Of a stretch of DNA of 64,000 nt, positions 28,765 through 36,858 are shown piece after piece. The stretch is from assembly GCA_028280455.1 (NCBI GenBank), contig JANQLT010000186.1, forward strand, positions 9,559 through 73,558, given 5' to 3'. The number at the start of each line of letters is the position of its first letter. The stretch's first letter is position 1. The stretch comes from Kiloniellales bacterium. GTDB taxonomy: Bacteria; Pseudomonadota; Alphaproteobacteria; Kiloniellales; JAKSDN01. Under the pieces are notes generated by a model that had not been told where the DNA came from, did not search any database, and saw nothing but the letters and a program-made list of their open reading frames with translations. The position numbers and the translations under genes are program-made.

Positions 28765-29538
28765 TCAGGCGGCGAGAGTCGTGGCGTCGACCTGCCGCAC
28801 GCGGTCCAGGATCAGATCGACCAGCCCGGGCTCGCGGCCGACGGGGCCGGCATAGGCGACGGTGTCTTCCAGCCCGGCCAGGAGCCTCGCCACGTCGTCC
28901 GCGCCGTGCGGCCCCGCGTCGGCGAAGTGCCCGACCGCGACGGACCGCCGTGCCGTCATCGAGTCGAGCGCCTGGGCGACGCGCGGCTCTTGATCGAAGA
29001 AGCCGCAGCCGACTTCGGCGAAGACGCCCCGCGACTCGATTCTCGCCAGGTGGCGGCGCAGGCTCTCGGACGAGCGAGCGTTGCGTGTCGTGCCGTGGCC
29101 GATCAGTAGGAGCCCGGTCTCTGCCAGGGGCCAGCCGCGGTTTCGGCAGCGGCTCTCGGCCGAAGCGACGATGAGATCGGCCAGGGCGTCGTGGCTGCCG
29201 ACCGGCCGGCAAAGCCGGAAGCGTGCCGGCGAGACCGCCTGTGCGGCGAGCACCCGCTCGGACAGGAGGTCGTTGGTGTAGCCCTCGGCCATGAGCAGGG
29301 GCACGACATAGCAGTCGCCCCCGCCGATCCCCGCGAGCGCCGTTTCGAGGTCCGGCTCGCCGTTGAGGCAGCAGGCCGTGACCTGGGCAAAGCCGCTCAG
29401 CGCCGCGATGGACTCCGCATGCGCCTGCGCGATCCCGGCGCCGCCGCGGATCCCGTGGGCGCAGAGCAGGAGCGACGCCCCATGCCAGCCGAGCTCAGTG
29501 GCTCGTGCCTTCGGAAAGCCTGATCTTGTTGAAGACAT
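28765..29538 (-). CDS. cbiX: CbiX-type sirohydrochlorin chelatase (two-domain)
   Basis: Two CbiX-like halves (LLLCAHGIRGG... and LLLIGHGTTRN...). It is the last gene of the nir haem d1 operon. The ATG at 29538 overlaps the nirN 3' end by 44 nt. Confidence 0.78.
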   Translation of the reverse strand: MSSTRSGFPKARATELGWHGASLLLCAHGIRGGAGIAQAHAESIAALSGFAQVTACCLNGEPDLETALAGIGGGDCYVVPLLMAEGYTNDLLSERVLAAQAVSPARFRLCRPVGSHDALADLIVASAESRCRNRGWPLAETGLLLIGHGTTRNARSSESLRRHLARIESRGVFAEVGCGFFDQEPRVAQALDSMTARRSVAVGHFADAGPHGADDVARLLAGLEDTVAYAGPVGREPGLVDLILDRVRQVDATTLAA

Positions 29539-31066
29539 TGTACTTACCCGATGGCTTCACCAAGGGAATGCGTTTCACCTCTTCGAGGCTCTTGGCGTCG
29601 TAGACGACGATGGCGCCGTCCATGTCCCAGATGCTCAGCAGCGCGTATCGGCCGTCGCGCGTGAACTCGACATGGGCCGCGGTCTTGCCGGGCGCCGGGC
29701 GCAGGGTCTCGACGATCTCCAGGCTCGCCTTGTCGATGACGTGGACGGCGTCGCGGTCCGGCCCGAAGAAGACGTCGACCCAGGCGTAGGGCGAGTTCTC
29801 GTGGCTGCGCATGAAGAAGCCGGGGCCGAGCGTCTCGATCTTCGCGACGGTCTCCCAGCTCTCCATGTCGATCACGCTGACCGCGGCCTCCTTGAGGTGG
29901 GGCGTCGCCATCACGGTGCGGCCCCGGTGCTGCCAGGTGATGCCGGAGCCGAGATGCGGCAGGCCGGCCAGATCCAGATCGGCGACCTTGCGGCGGGCAT
30001 CGAGATTGACGACCTGGCCGTTCTTGGCGTCGCGGGCGGCGCCGATCACCTCGGCGTAGCTGGGGTCGAAGAAGAAATCGTCGAGGTAGTCCTCGAGCGC
30101 GATGCGGCGCACGCCGAAGGGCTGCTCGGCGACGACGACGCCTTCCTCCTCGCCCCGGCGATAGTTGTGCACGAAGCCGCCGTAGATCGGCTCGGCCTCG
30201 GGGTCGTAGGACAGCTCCCAGATCTCCTTGATGTCCTTCAGCGCGACGATGAAGCTCTGTCGTGGCGGCGCGTTGTAGACGGCGCTGACGCGAGAGCTGT
30301 TGCCGTCGCCGTCCTCGACCGGAATGACGCGCTCCGGTGTCAGGTCCTCGGCGTGAAGGATCACGATGCTGTGCGGCAGGTAGTTGCCGACCGCGACCCA
30401 GGCACCGTCCGAGGAGACCGCGATGTTGCGGGTGTTGATGCCGGCGCGAATCTCCGCGACCACGCTGAGGCTGTGCAGGTCGTATTTCGTGACCCAGCCG
30501 TCTCGCGAGCCGAAGTAGACGAAGCGGCCGTCGGGCGAGAACTTCGGCCCGCCGTGCAGGGCGAAGCGGCTCTTGAAGCGGGCAATCGGCGTCAGGCCCT
30601 CCCCGTCGAGAATGGTCACGTGGTGGTCGCCGCTCTCGACCACGACGAAGAGACCGAGCGGGTCGACGCCGTGCTGCGGCTCGGCCGGCAGGCTGTCGGG
30701 CGCGGTGACGACTTGATGGGTCGCGGCGATCTCCGCCAGGCCCCAGGCGGGGATCTCGGGCAGCGGGCTGTAGATCAGGCCCACCAGCAGGTCGATCTGC
30801 TCGGCGCTCAGGGCCTCGCCGAAGGCCGGCATCTGGGTCGCCGGCCTGCCCTTGGCGATGACCTTGCCGGCCTTCTCCTTTCTCAAGCGGCGGAGATTCT
30901 CCGGCAGGAGCGCGGGGCCGACGCCGCCGAGGCGCGCGGCGCCGTGGCACAGGGCGCAGTGCTCGAGGAACAGCGCCTGCGCCGCGTCGTCGGCCCGGGC
31001 CTCGGCCGCCGCGCCGAAGCCGAGGGGCAGGACGAGGGTGGCGAGCCTAGCGAGCCGCGGCCACAT
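29495..31066 (-). CDS. nirN: NirN, cytochrome cd1-like dihydro-haem d1 dehydrogenase
   Basis: Signal peptide, one haem c motif CALCH, a cd1-type beta-propeller sequence, and a position after nirJ. Confidence 0.85.
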   Translation of the reverse strand: MWPRLARLATLVLPLGFGAAAEARADDAAQALFLEHCALCHGAARLGGVGPALLPENLRRLRKEKAGKVIAKGRPATQMPAFGEALSAEQIDLLVGLIYSPLPEIPAWGLAEIAATHQVVTAPDSLPAEPQHGVDPLGLFVVVESGDHHVTILDGEGLTPIARFKSRFALHGGPKFSPDGRFVYFGSRDGWVTKYDLHSLSVVAEIRAGINTRNIAVSSDGAWVAVGNYLPHSIVILHAEDLTPERVIPVEDGDGNSSRVSAVYNAPPRQSFIVALKDIKEIWELSYDPEAEPIYGGFVHNYRRGEEEGVVVAEQPFGVRRIALEDYLDDFFFDPSYAEVIGAARDAKNGQVVNLDARRKVADLDLAGLPHLGSGITWQHRGRTVMATPHLKEAAVSVIDMESWETVAKIETLGPGFFMRSHENSPYAWVDVFFGPDRDAVHVIDKASLEIVETLRPAPGKTAAHVEFTRDGRYALLSIWDMDGAIVVYDAKSLEEVKRIPLVKPSGKYNVFNKIRLSEGTSH

Positions 31067-32246
31067 GGCCCTTCCCCCGATAGGGCGTCAGCTCGACGCG
31101 CTCGGCCGGCGCAACGCCGATCTCCCGGTCGCTCAGATAGCAGGCCGGGTCCTCTTCCCAGGGATCGCCGGTGAGCTGCAGCGCGCGCACCCGCGTGTTG
31201 CCGCCGCAGATGTCGAAGTGGCCGCAGGCCCCGCAGCGCCCCTTCACCCGGCGCGGCCGGGCCTTGAGGCCGGCCATGATCGGGTCGCTGGTGTCCGGCC
31301 AGATCTCCGAGAAGGGCCGCTCGCGGACGTTGCCGAGGTTGTAGTGCCACCAGAAGGTGTCCGGATGGACGTTGCCGAGGTTGTCGATGTTGGCGACGTT
31401 CACGCCGGAGGCGTTGCCGCCCCAGGCGACCAGCTTGGCGCGGATGTGCTCGGCCCGGTCCGGGAAGCTCTCGCGCACCCACTGCAGGAAGTAGACGCCG
31501 TCGGCGTCGTTGTTGCCGGTGACGAACTCCTTCTCCTGGCCTTGCGTGACATAGCGCCAGCAGCGCTCGAAGAGCAGGTCCATGGCCCAGCGGCTGGTCC
31601 GGTGATAAGCGTCGTCGCCGCGGTAGCGGTTGCCGCGGCCGGCGTAGACCAGGTGCGAGAGATAGAACTTGTCGACCGCCTCGCGCTCCATGAGGTCGAG
31701 CAGCGCCGGCAGGGATTCCTGGTTCTGCTCGGTCATGGTGTAGCGCAGGCCGACCTTGATGCCCTGCTCGTGGCACAGCCGCACGCCCTGCAAGCTGGCA
31801 TCGAAGGCGCCGGCCTGGCGCCTGAAGGCGTCGTGAACCTCGCCGATGCCGTCGAGGCTGATGCCGACGTAGTTGTAGCCGACCTCGGCGATGCGCCGGC
31901 TCATCTCATCGTCGATCAGGGCGCCGTTAGTCGAGAGGCCGACGTAGAAGCCCTTCGCCTTGGCGCGTGCCGAGATCTCGAAGATGTCGGGGCGCAGCAG
32001 GGGCTCGCCGCCGGAGAGGATCAGGACCGGTACGCCGAAGGCCTTGAGGTCGTCCATCACGGCGAAGACCTCTTCGGTGGAAAGCTCGCCGGGGAAGTCG
32101 ACGTCGGCGGAGAGCGAGTAGCAGTGCTTGCAGTTGAGGTTGCAGCGCCGGATCAGGTTCCAGATCACGACGGGCCCGGGCGGGACTCGGCGGCGCGCCG
32201 GGGTCGGCGCCACCAGCTCTTTCATGAATTGGCTCAGACGAAACAT
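31047..32246 (-). CDS. nirJ: NirJ, radical SAM haem d1 biosynthesis enzyme
   Basis: CNLNCKHC (CxxxCxxC) radical SAM cluster, and C-terminal auxiliary Cys (CGACGHFDICGG). Confidence 0.9.
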   Translation of the reverse strand: MFRLSQFMKELVAPTPARRRVPPGPVVIWNLIRRCNLNCKHCYSLSADVDFPGELSTEEVFAVMDDLKAFGVPVLILSGGEPLLRPDIFEISARAKAKGFYVGLSTNGALIDDEMSRRIAEVGYNYVGISLDGIGEVHDAFRRQAGAFDASLQGVRLCHEQGIKVGLRYTMTEQNQESLPALLDLMEREAVDKFYLSHLVYAGRGNRYRGDDAYHRTSRWAMDLLFERCWRYVTQGQEKEFVTGNNDADGVYFLQWVRESFPDRAEHIRAKLVAWGGNASGVNVANIDNLGNVHPDTFWWHYNLGNVRERPFSEIWPDTSDPIMAGLKARPRRVKGRCGACGHFDICGGNTRVRALQLTGDPWEEDPACYLSDREIGVAPAERVELTPYRGKGHVAAAR

Positions 32247-32256
32247 GGGCGCGCTC

Positions 32257-32784
32257 CTATCCGGTCAGGCGTAGGCCCGTCTTCTTGAGGATGCGGGTGC
32301 TGTAGAGCACGTCGTGCGCACGCGCCGCCGTGCCGGCAAGCGCCGCGATCCGGGCGACGTGGTCGGCCACCTCGTCGCGGCTGCGGGCGTGGACCATGGC
32401 GAAGAGGTTGTAGGGCCAGACCGGCGGCCGCCGCGGCCGCCGGTAGCAATGGGTGACGAAGTCGAGCGCGCCGATGCGCCGGCCGAGCGCGCTGACGGCC
32501 TCGTCGTCGATGTCCCAGACGGACATGCCGTTGGCGCTGTAGCCCAGCGCGTAGTGGTTCGGCACGGCGCCGATGCGCCGGATGATCCCGGCCTCGAGCA
32601 AGGCGCCGAGGCGCGCGGCGACCTCGCGCTCGCTCAGGCCCAGGCCATCGGCCAGGGCCCGGTAGGGCCGCGGCACCAAGGGCAGGCCCGACTGGGTCGC
32701 CGCGATCAGGCGACGGTCGATCGGGTCGATCGGCTCGACCGGCTCGGTCGAGGCCCGCTCCTGCCTCTGCGGTGCCGCCGTCAT
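32257..32784 (-). CDS. nirH: NirH, sirohaem decarboxylase subunit
   Basis: ATG at 32784 in an ATGA overlap with nirG. AsnC-like LPLVPRPYRALA and CYRRPRRPPVWPYNLF motifs. Confidence 0.85.
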   Translation of the reverse strand: MTAAPQRQERASTEPVEPIDPIDRRLIAATQSGLPLVPRPYRALADGLGLSEREVAARLGALLEAGIIRRIGAVPNHYALGYSANGMSVWDIDDEAVSALGRRIGALDFVTHCYRRPRRPPVWPYNLFAMVHARSRDEVADHVARIAALAGTAARAHDVLYSTRILKKTGLRLTG

Positions 32785-33248
32785 GCCTGCAGCCTCAGCT
32801 CGAGGAAGTACTCCTCTTCCTTCGGCAGGTTCAGGACCTCGAGGTCGGTCGCCTGCTCGATCTCCTGCAGGACCTCGGCGACCCGCTCCGGCTTCTCCGT
32901 CGCCACGACGAACCACATGTTGAGGGCATGGTCGCGGGCGTAGTTGTGCGCCACCTCGGGGAAGCCGTTGACGATTTCCGCCACGGCCTCGAAGCGCGCC
33001 GCCGGCACCTGCATGGCCGCCAAGGTGAGCCCGCCGCCGAGGCGCTCGGCATGGAACAGTGGGCCGAAGCGGCTCAGCACCCGGTCCTGGAGCAGACGCT
33101 CCAGCCGGGCGATCAGGGCCTCCTCGGTCAAGCCGAAGCCGGGGGCGAGCGCCGCGAAGGGCCGCTCGCTGAGCGGGAAGCCTCCGTGCAGATCGTTGAT
33201 GATCTGTCGGTCGATGGCGTCCAGGCGCGGCGGCGTCCGAGTCTCCAT
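32781..33248 (-). CDS. nirG: NirG, sirohaem decarboxylase subunit
   Basis: FPLSERPFAALA and HNYARDHALNMWFV motifs. 155 aa. Confidence 0.85.
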   Translation of the reverse strand: METRTPPRLDAIDRQIINDLHGGFPLSERPFAALAPGFGLTEEALIARLERLLQDRVLSRFGPLFHAERLGGGLTLAAMQVPAARFEAVAEIVNGFPEVAHNYARDHALNMWFVVATEKPERVAEVLQEIEQATDLEVLNLPKEEEYFLELRLQA

Positions 33249-33249
33249 G

Positions 33250-33768
33250 TCAGGATCCCACCGATGCCGGCCCGAGCGATGCCGGTTGCGGCGCGCCGTA
33301 GCGGGCGCCGCGCTGCTTGAAGCGGCGCTTGCTGAAGAGGATCTCGCGCGGCCGGCCGGTCAGCCCGGCCTGGCGGGTGGCGTCCTCGACCAGCGCTTCC
33401 ACGGCGGCCCTGTCGCGGCCGTGGATCATGCAGAAGAGGTTGTAGGGCCAATCCGGCGGGCGCCGCGGGCGCCGGTAGCAGAGCGTGATGTAGGGCAGGG
33501 TGGCGAGCGTCCGGCCCACCGCCGGGACCGAGTCCTCGGGCAGGTCCCAAACCACCATGGCGTTGGCGCGGTAGCCGAGCTCATGGTGGCGCACGATGAC
33601 GCCGAAACGCCGGACGACGCCGTCGGCGATCAAGCGCTTGAGCCGGCCGATGACATCCATCTCGGAGAGCCCGAGCCGCGCGGCCAGACCCGCGTAGGGC
33701 CTGGCTTCGAAGGCCAAGCCGTCCTCGAGAGCGCCCAGGAGCTGGCGGTCCTCCAGGCTCACGTCCAT
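33250..33768 (-). CDS. nirL: NirL, sirohaem decarboxylase subunit
   Basis: FEARPYAGLA and CYRRPRRPPDWPYNLF motifs. 172 aa. Confidence 0.85.
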   Translation of the reverse strand: MDVSLEDRQLLGALEDGLAFEARPYAGLAARLGLSEMDVIGRLKRLIADGVVRRFGVIVRHHELGYRANAMVVWDLPEDSVPAVGRTLATLPYITLCYRRPRRPPDWPYNLFCMIHGRDRAAVEALVEDATRQAGLTGRPREILFSKRRFKQRGARYGAPQPASLGPASVGS

Positions 33769-34289
33769 TGCAGCGGGAACCCCAGGTCCAGGCGATAGGA
33801 CTCGAGCAGCGGCAGGTCGAGCACCGTGAGACCCGTCTCGGTCTCGATCTCGGCCAGGGTCTGCTGCACCGCCGCCTGGTCCGGACCGGTCACGACGAAC
33901 CAGAGATTGAAGCGGTGCTCACGCTCGTAGTTGTGGTTGACCGCGTCGTTGCTGCTGACCAGGTCGGCGACGGCCTGCAGGCGCGGGAAGGGCACGGCCA
34001 TCGCGGCGAGGGTGCTCCAGCCGGTGCGCTGGGGCGCCACGATCGCCCCGATGCGCGACAGGGCGCGCAGCCCCTTGAGGCGCGAGAAGCGGCCGAGAAC
34101 ACTCTGCTCGCCGACACCGATCTCGCGGCCGATCTCGGCGTAGGGCCGCGGCACCAGCGGGAAATCGCGCTGGAAATCGTTGAGCAGACGGCGGTCCGCC
34201 TCATCGAACGCGAGGTCGGTCGCTGGCTCGTCGCCGGACTCCCCCTCGGGCCTGCGATCCTCGCTCAGGCTGGCGCCGGTCCGGCTCAT
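33759..34289 (-). CDS. nirD: NirD, sirohaem decarboxylase subunit
   Basis: ATG at 34289 in an ATGA overlap with the nirF stop. FPLVPRPYAEIG and HNYEREHRFNLWFV motifs. The rest of ORF ..35408 is an out-of-frame overlap of nirF. Confidence 0.85.
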   Translation of the reverse strand: MSRTGASLSEDRRPEGESGDEPATDLAFDEADRRLLNDFQRDFPLVPRPYAEIGREIGVGEQSVLGRFSRLKGLRALSRIGAIVAPQRTGWSTLAAMAVPFPRLQAVADLVSSNDAVNHNYEREHRFNLWFVVTGPDQAAVQQTLAEIETETGLTVLDLPLLESYRLDLGFPLQWT

Positions 34290-35476
34290 AGGCCGATCCG
34301 ATTGGCGCGTGCGGTCAGGAAGATGCCGCTCGGCTTCTCGGCGGGCAGGGCGGCCCGCTCGGCGAAGCTCTGCGTATCGTAGACCTTGACCCGGTCGTCG
34401 TCGCGCGCGGAGATCCAGACCTGCTCGCCGCGCGGCGTGAACTCCATGTGCAGGACGGCCTTGCCCGGCTTCAGGGTCTTGATGACCCGGCGGCTGACGA
34501 CGTCGATTACCTGGACGGCGTCGTTGTTGGGGTGCGCGAAGTTGACCCAGACCTGGCGGCCGTCCGGCCGGGCCACGGCGAAGATCGGTTGGCCCTGCAG
34601 GGCGATGCGGCCGACCTCGCGCCAGCTCCGCCGGTCGACGATCAAGACCTCGTGGCGGCCGACCGCGGGCAGGAACAGGACGTCGCCGGCGCTGGCCCAG
34701 CCTTCCAGGTGCGGCATCTTGTAGACCGGCAGGGGCTCCTCGCCCCGGCCATAGCCGTCGAGGATGCGGCGCGGTCCCGCCTCCAGGTCCCAGAGGTCGA
34801 GCAGCACGATGCCGTCCTCGCCGAACAGCCCGGCGATGTAGTAGCGCCCGTCGGGCGTGATCAGGCCGTCGTAGGGCTGGACCCCGACGTCCTCGAAGCG
34901 CGTGACCTGCGGGTCGCGCGGGTCGCTCATGTCGGCGACCCAGATCTCGCCGGAGTCGTAGAGGCTGAAGACGAAGCGCTGGCCGGGCGCGTCGACCAGG
35001 CCGACCACCTTGGAGCGCGGATCGTCGGGCGCGTCGCGCGCCTCGATGTCCGCCAGGAGCGTCAGGCTCTCGGCATCGAAGATGCGCACGCCGCCGGGGT
35101 CGTAGTTGGAGACCGCGACCATCGAGCCGTCCTGCGAGATCGCCCCGCCGATGGAGTTGCCGGCCTGCACGACCCGCTTGGTCACGCGGCCTTGCAGCAG
35201 ATCGATCTTGCTCAGGCCGCCGTCGCGGCCGAAGAGATAGGCGTAGCGGCCATCGCGCGAGAACACGGCCGAGGCGTGCGAGAGATCGCCCAGGCCGGCG
35301 ACCTGATAGAGCGGCGTCAGGTTGCTCGTCTCGACGACCTGGATGCTGCTCGAGGCACGCTCGACGATCAGACCCATGTCGCCGGTGCCCCGGATCGTCG
35401 TGTTGCAAGCCCCGAGTCCGATTGCCAGCACGACCCCGAGGCCGGCGCGCGCGAGCGTCTCAACGATCATCGCCAA
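34286..35476 (-). CDS. nirF: NirF, cd1-like beta-propeller haem d1 biosynthesis protein (lipobox LGAC)
   Basis: No haem c motif, propeller repeats similar to NirS/NirN, a lipoprotein-type leader LAIGLGAC, and a position between nirC and nirD. Confidence 0.88.
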   Translation of the reverse strand: MAMIVETLARAGLGVVLAIGLGACNTTIRGTGDMGLIVERASSSIQVVETSNLTPLYQVAGLGDLSHASAVFSRDGRYAYLFGRDGGLSKIDLLQGRVTKRVVQAGNSIGGAISQDGSMVAVSNYDPGGVRIFDAESLTLLADIEARDAPDDPRSKVVGLVDAPGQRFVFSLYDSGEIWVADMSDPRDPQVTRFEDVGVQPYDGLITPDGRYYIAGLFGEDGIVLLDLWDLEAGPRRILDGYGRGEEPLPVYKMPHLEGWASAGDVLFLPAVGRHEVLIVDRRSWREVGRIALQGQPIFAVARPDGRQVWVNFAHPNNDAVQVIDVVSRRVIKTLKPGKAVLHMEFTPRGEQVWISARDDDRVKVYDTQSFAERAALPAEKPSGIFLTARANRIGL

Positions 35477-35789
35477 GCCCCTTCTTGAGTTGCCGGACCA
35501 GCCAGGCGGCCTCGCCGGGCCGGATCTCGAAGCGCCAGGGCGGCATCGGCGTGCCGGGCCGGCCGTCCAGGATGACTTCGACCAGCTCGTCGTCCGGGCG
35601 CTCGGCCAGTTGCGCCGGGAGCAGGGCCGGTCCGAGCCCGCCCTTGAAGGTCATGCCGTGGCAGGAGCCGCAGTCGTGCTTGAGGCGATGCAGCAGCTCC
35701 GCCTGCCGGTCGGGCCCGGGCGCCGACTCGGCCGCCAGGGCACCGCTCGCCGACGCGGCAAACAGAAGTGCTATCAGGCACTTAGGCAT
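35460..35789 (-). CDS. nirC: NirC, monohaem cytochrome c55X
   Basis: 109 aa with a signal peptide and a single CGSCH motif. Confidence 0.85.
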   Translation of the reverse strand: MPKCLIALLFAASASGALAAESAPGPDRQAELLHRLKHDCGSCHGMTFKGGLGPALLPAQLAERPDDELVEVILDGRPGTPMPPWRFEIRPGEAAWLVRQLKKGLGDDR

Positions 35790-36585
35790 AGCCGGCTTCC
35801 GCCTCGAGCATCGCCGGCCAGAAGTCGTTGGCCTCGGCGGTCTTGCGTAGGCGGTCGGAGATCGCCACCACGCGACCGATGATGATCAGGGTCGGCGAGG
35901 GCAGGCGCGCGGCGAGGACACGCTGCGGCAGGTCGGCGAGGGTCGCCCGGCAGAGCTCCTGACCCTCGGTGGTGCCCTTCGAGATCGCCATGGCCGGGGT
36001 CGAGCTCGGCAGGCCCTCGGCGATCAGCCGCCGGGCGATCTCCGGTAGCTGCGCCAGGCCCATGTAGACGACCAGCGTCGTGTCCGGGTCCGCGAGGCTT
36101 CGCCAGTTGAGGTCGAGAGGGCGGTCCTCGAGTCGATGGCCGGTGACGAAACGCACGCCGCTGGCGGCGGCGCGATGCGTCAGGGGGATGCCGGCAACGG
36201 CGGCACAGCCCGAGGCGGCCGTGATGCCCGGCACGATCTCGAAGCCGATGCCCTGGTTGATGAGATGCTCGCCCTCCTCGCAGCCGCGACCGAAGATCGT
36301 CGGGTCGCCGCCCTTGAGTCGCACGACGGTCTGGTGCACGCGGGCAAGCTGGACCAGCAGGTCGTTGATGTCGCTTTGCGGCACCGGGTGGCAGCCGCAT
36401 TCCTTGCCGACGAAGATGCGGCCCGTCCCCGCGGGTATCAGCTCGAGAATGCTGGTCGAGACCAGGCGGTCGTAGACCACCACGTCGGCTTCGCGAAGCA
36501 AGCGCAAGGCCTTGAGGGTCAGAAGCTCCGGGTCGCCTGGTCCGGCGCCCACGAGATAGACTTTGGACACGACCGGCTTCGTCAT
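35782..36585 (-). CDS. nirE: NirE/CobA, uroporphyrinogen-III C-methyltransferase
   Basis: ATG at 36585. SUMT motif VYLVGAGPGDPELLTLKALRLL. The upstream 66 codons of ORF ..36783 lie in the promoter region. Confidence 0.9.
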   Translation of the reverse strand: MTKPVVSKVYLVGAGPGDPELLTLKALRLLREADVVVYDRLVSTSILELIPAGTGRIFVGKECGCHPVPQSDINDLLVQLARVHQTVVRLKGGDPTIFGRGCEEGEHLINQGIGFEIVPGITAASGCAAVAGIPLTHRAAASGVRFVTGHRLEDRPLDLNWRSLADPDTTLVVYMGLAQLPEIARRLIAEGLPSSTPAMAISKGTTEGQELCRATLADLPQRVLAARLPSPTLIIIGRVVAISDRLRKTAEANDFWPAMLEAEAGYA

Positions 36586-36658
36586 TGAAGGGGCGACCTC
36601 CTGACCGGGCCAACTGTGGAACGTGATCGAGGCTAGCGAGGATCGGCTTCGCGCATCC

Positions 36659-36672
36659 TTGACCACAGTCAA
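36659..36672. promoter_or_regulatory. FNR/DNR-type box TTGACcacaGTCAA (nirE side)
   Basis: A perfect inverted repeat centred ~80 nt upstream of the nirE ATG. Confidence 0.6.
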
Positions 36673-36735
36673 GTCGGAGAGCAGAGAGCCAAGCTCGGGC
36701 GTCACTCTTTTTTGCGCGATCGCAGTGTCAAGCGC

Positions 36736-36749
36736 TTGACCGTCGTCAA
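36736..36749. promoter_or_regulatory. FNR/DNR-type box TTGACcgtcGTCAA (nirS side), preceded by an extra GTCAA half-site
   Basis: A perfect inverted repeat centred ~116 nt upstream of the nirS ATG. TCAAGCGCTTGA (36728..36739) forms a second overlapping palindrome. Confidence 0.6.
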
Positions 36750-36858
36750 GGCGAAGCCTGCGCGTTGCTCGAAGAATGCACACGGAAAATGGACCTGGGT
36801 CTGGGCCTGCCCCGAACCCACGGGGGGCTTCAGTCCGGTTTTCTGAGGAGGACGCACG

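Noticed and set aside
28520-29212. ORFs 28520..29212 (-) and 28638..29174 (+) running through the REP-like element and cbiX
   Set aside because: They give poly-Arg/Pro/Gly translations, begin inside a palindromic repeat, and overlap the CbiX frame, which has the family motifs.
29363-32288. Long ORFs 29363..31174 (+), 29544..30950 (-) and 30852..32288 (+) across nirN/nirJ
   Set aside because: They are alternative-frame or antisense shadows of nirN and nirJ. They have biased Arg/Ala/Gly/Asp composition and no motifs, while the chosen frames carry CXXCH, propeller and radical-SAM signatures.
34290-35408. The upstream two-thirds of the 549-aa ORF 33759..35408 (-)
   Set aside because: Only the last 176 codons (from ATG 34289) match NirD. 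The rest is an out-of-frame reading of nirF with Arg/Pro/Gly-rich sequence.
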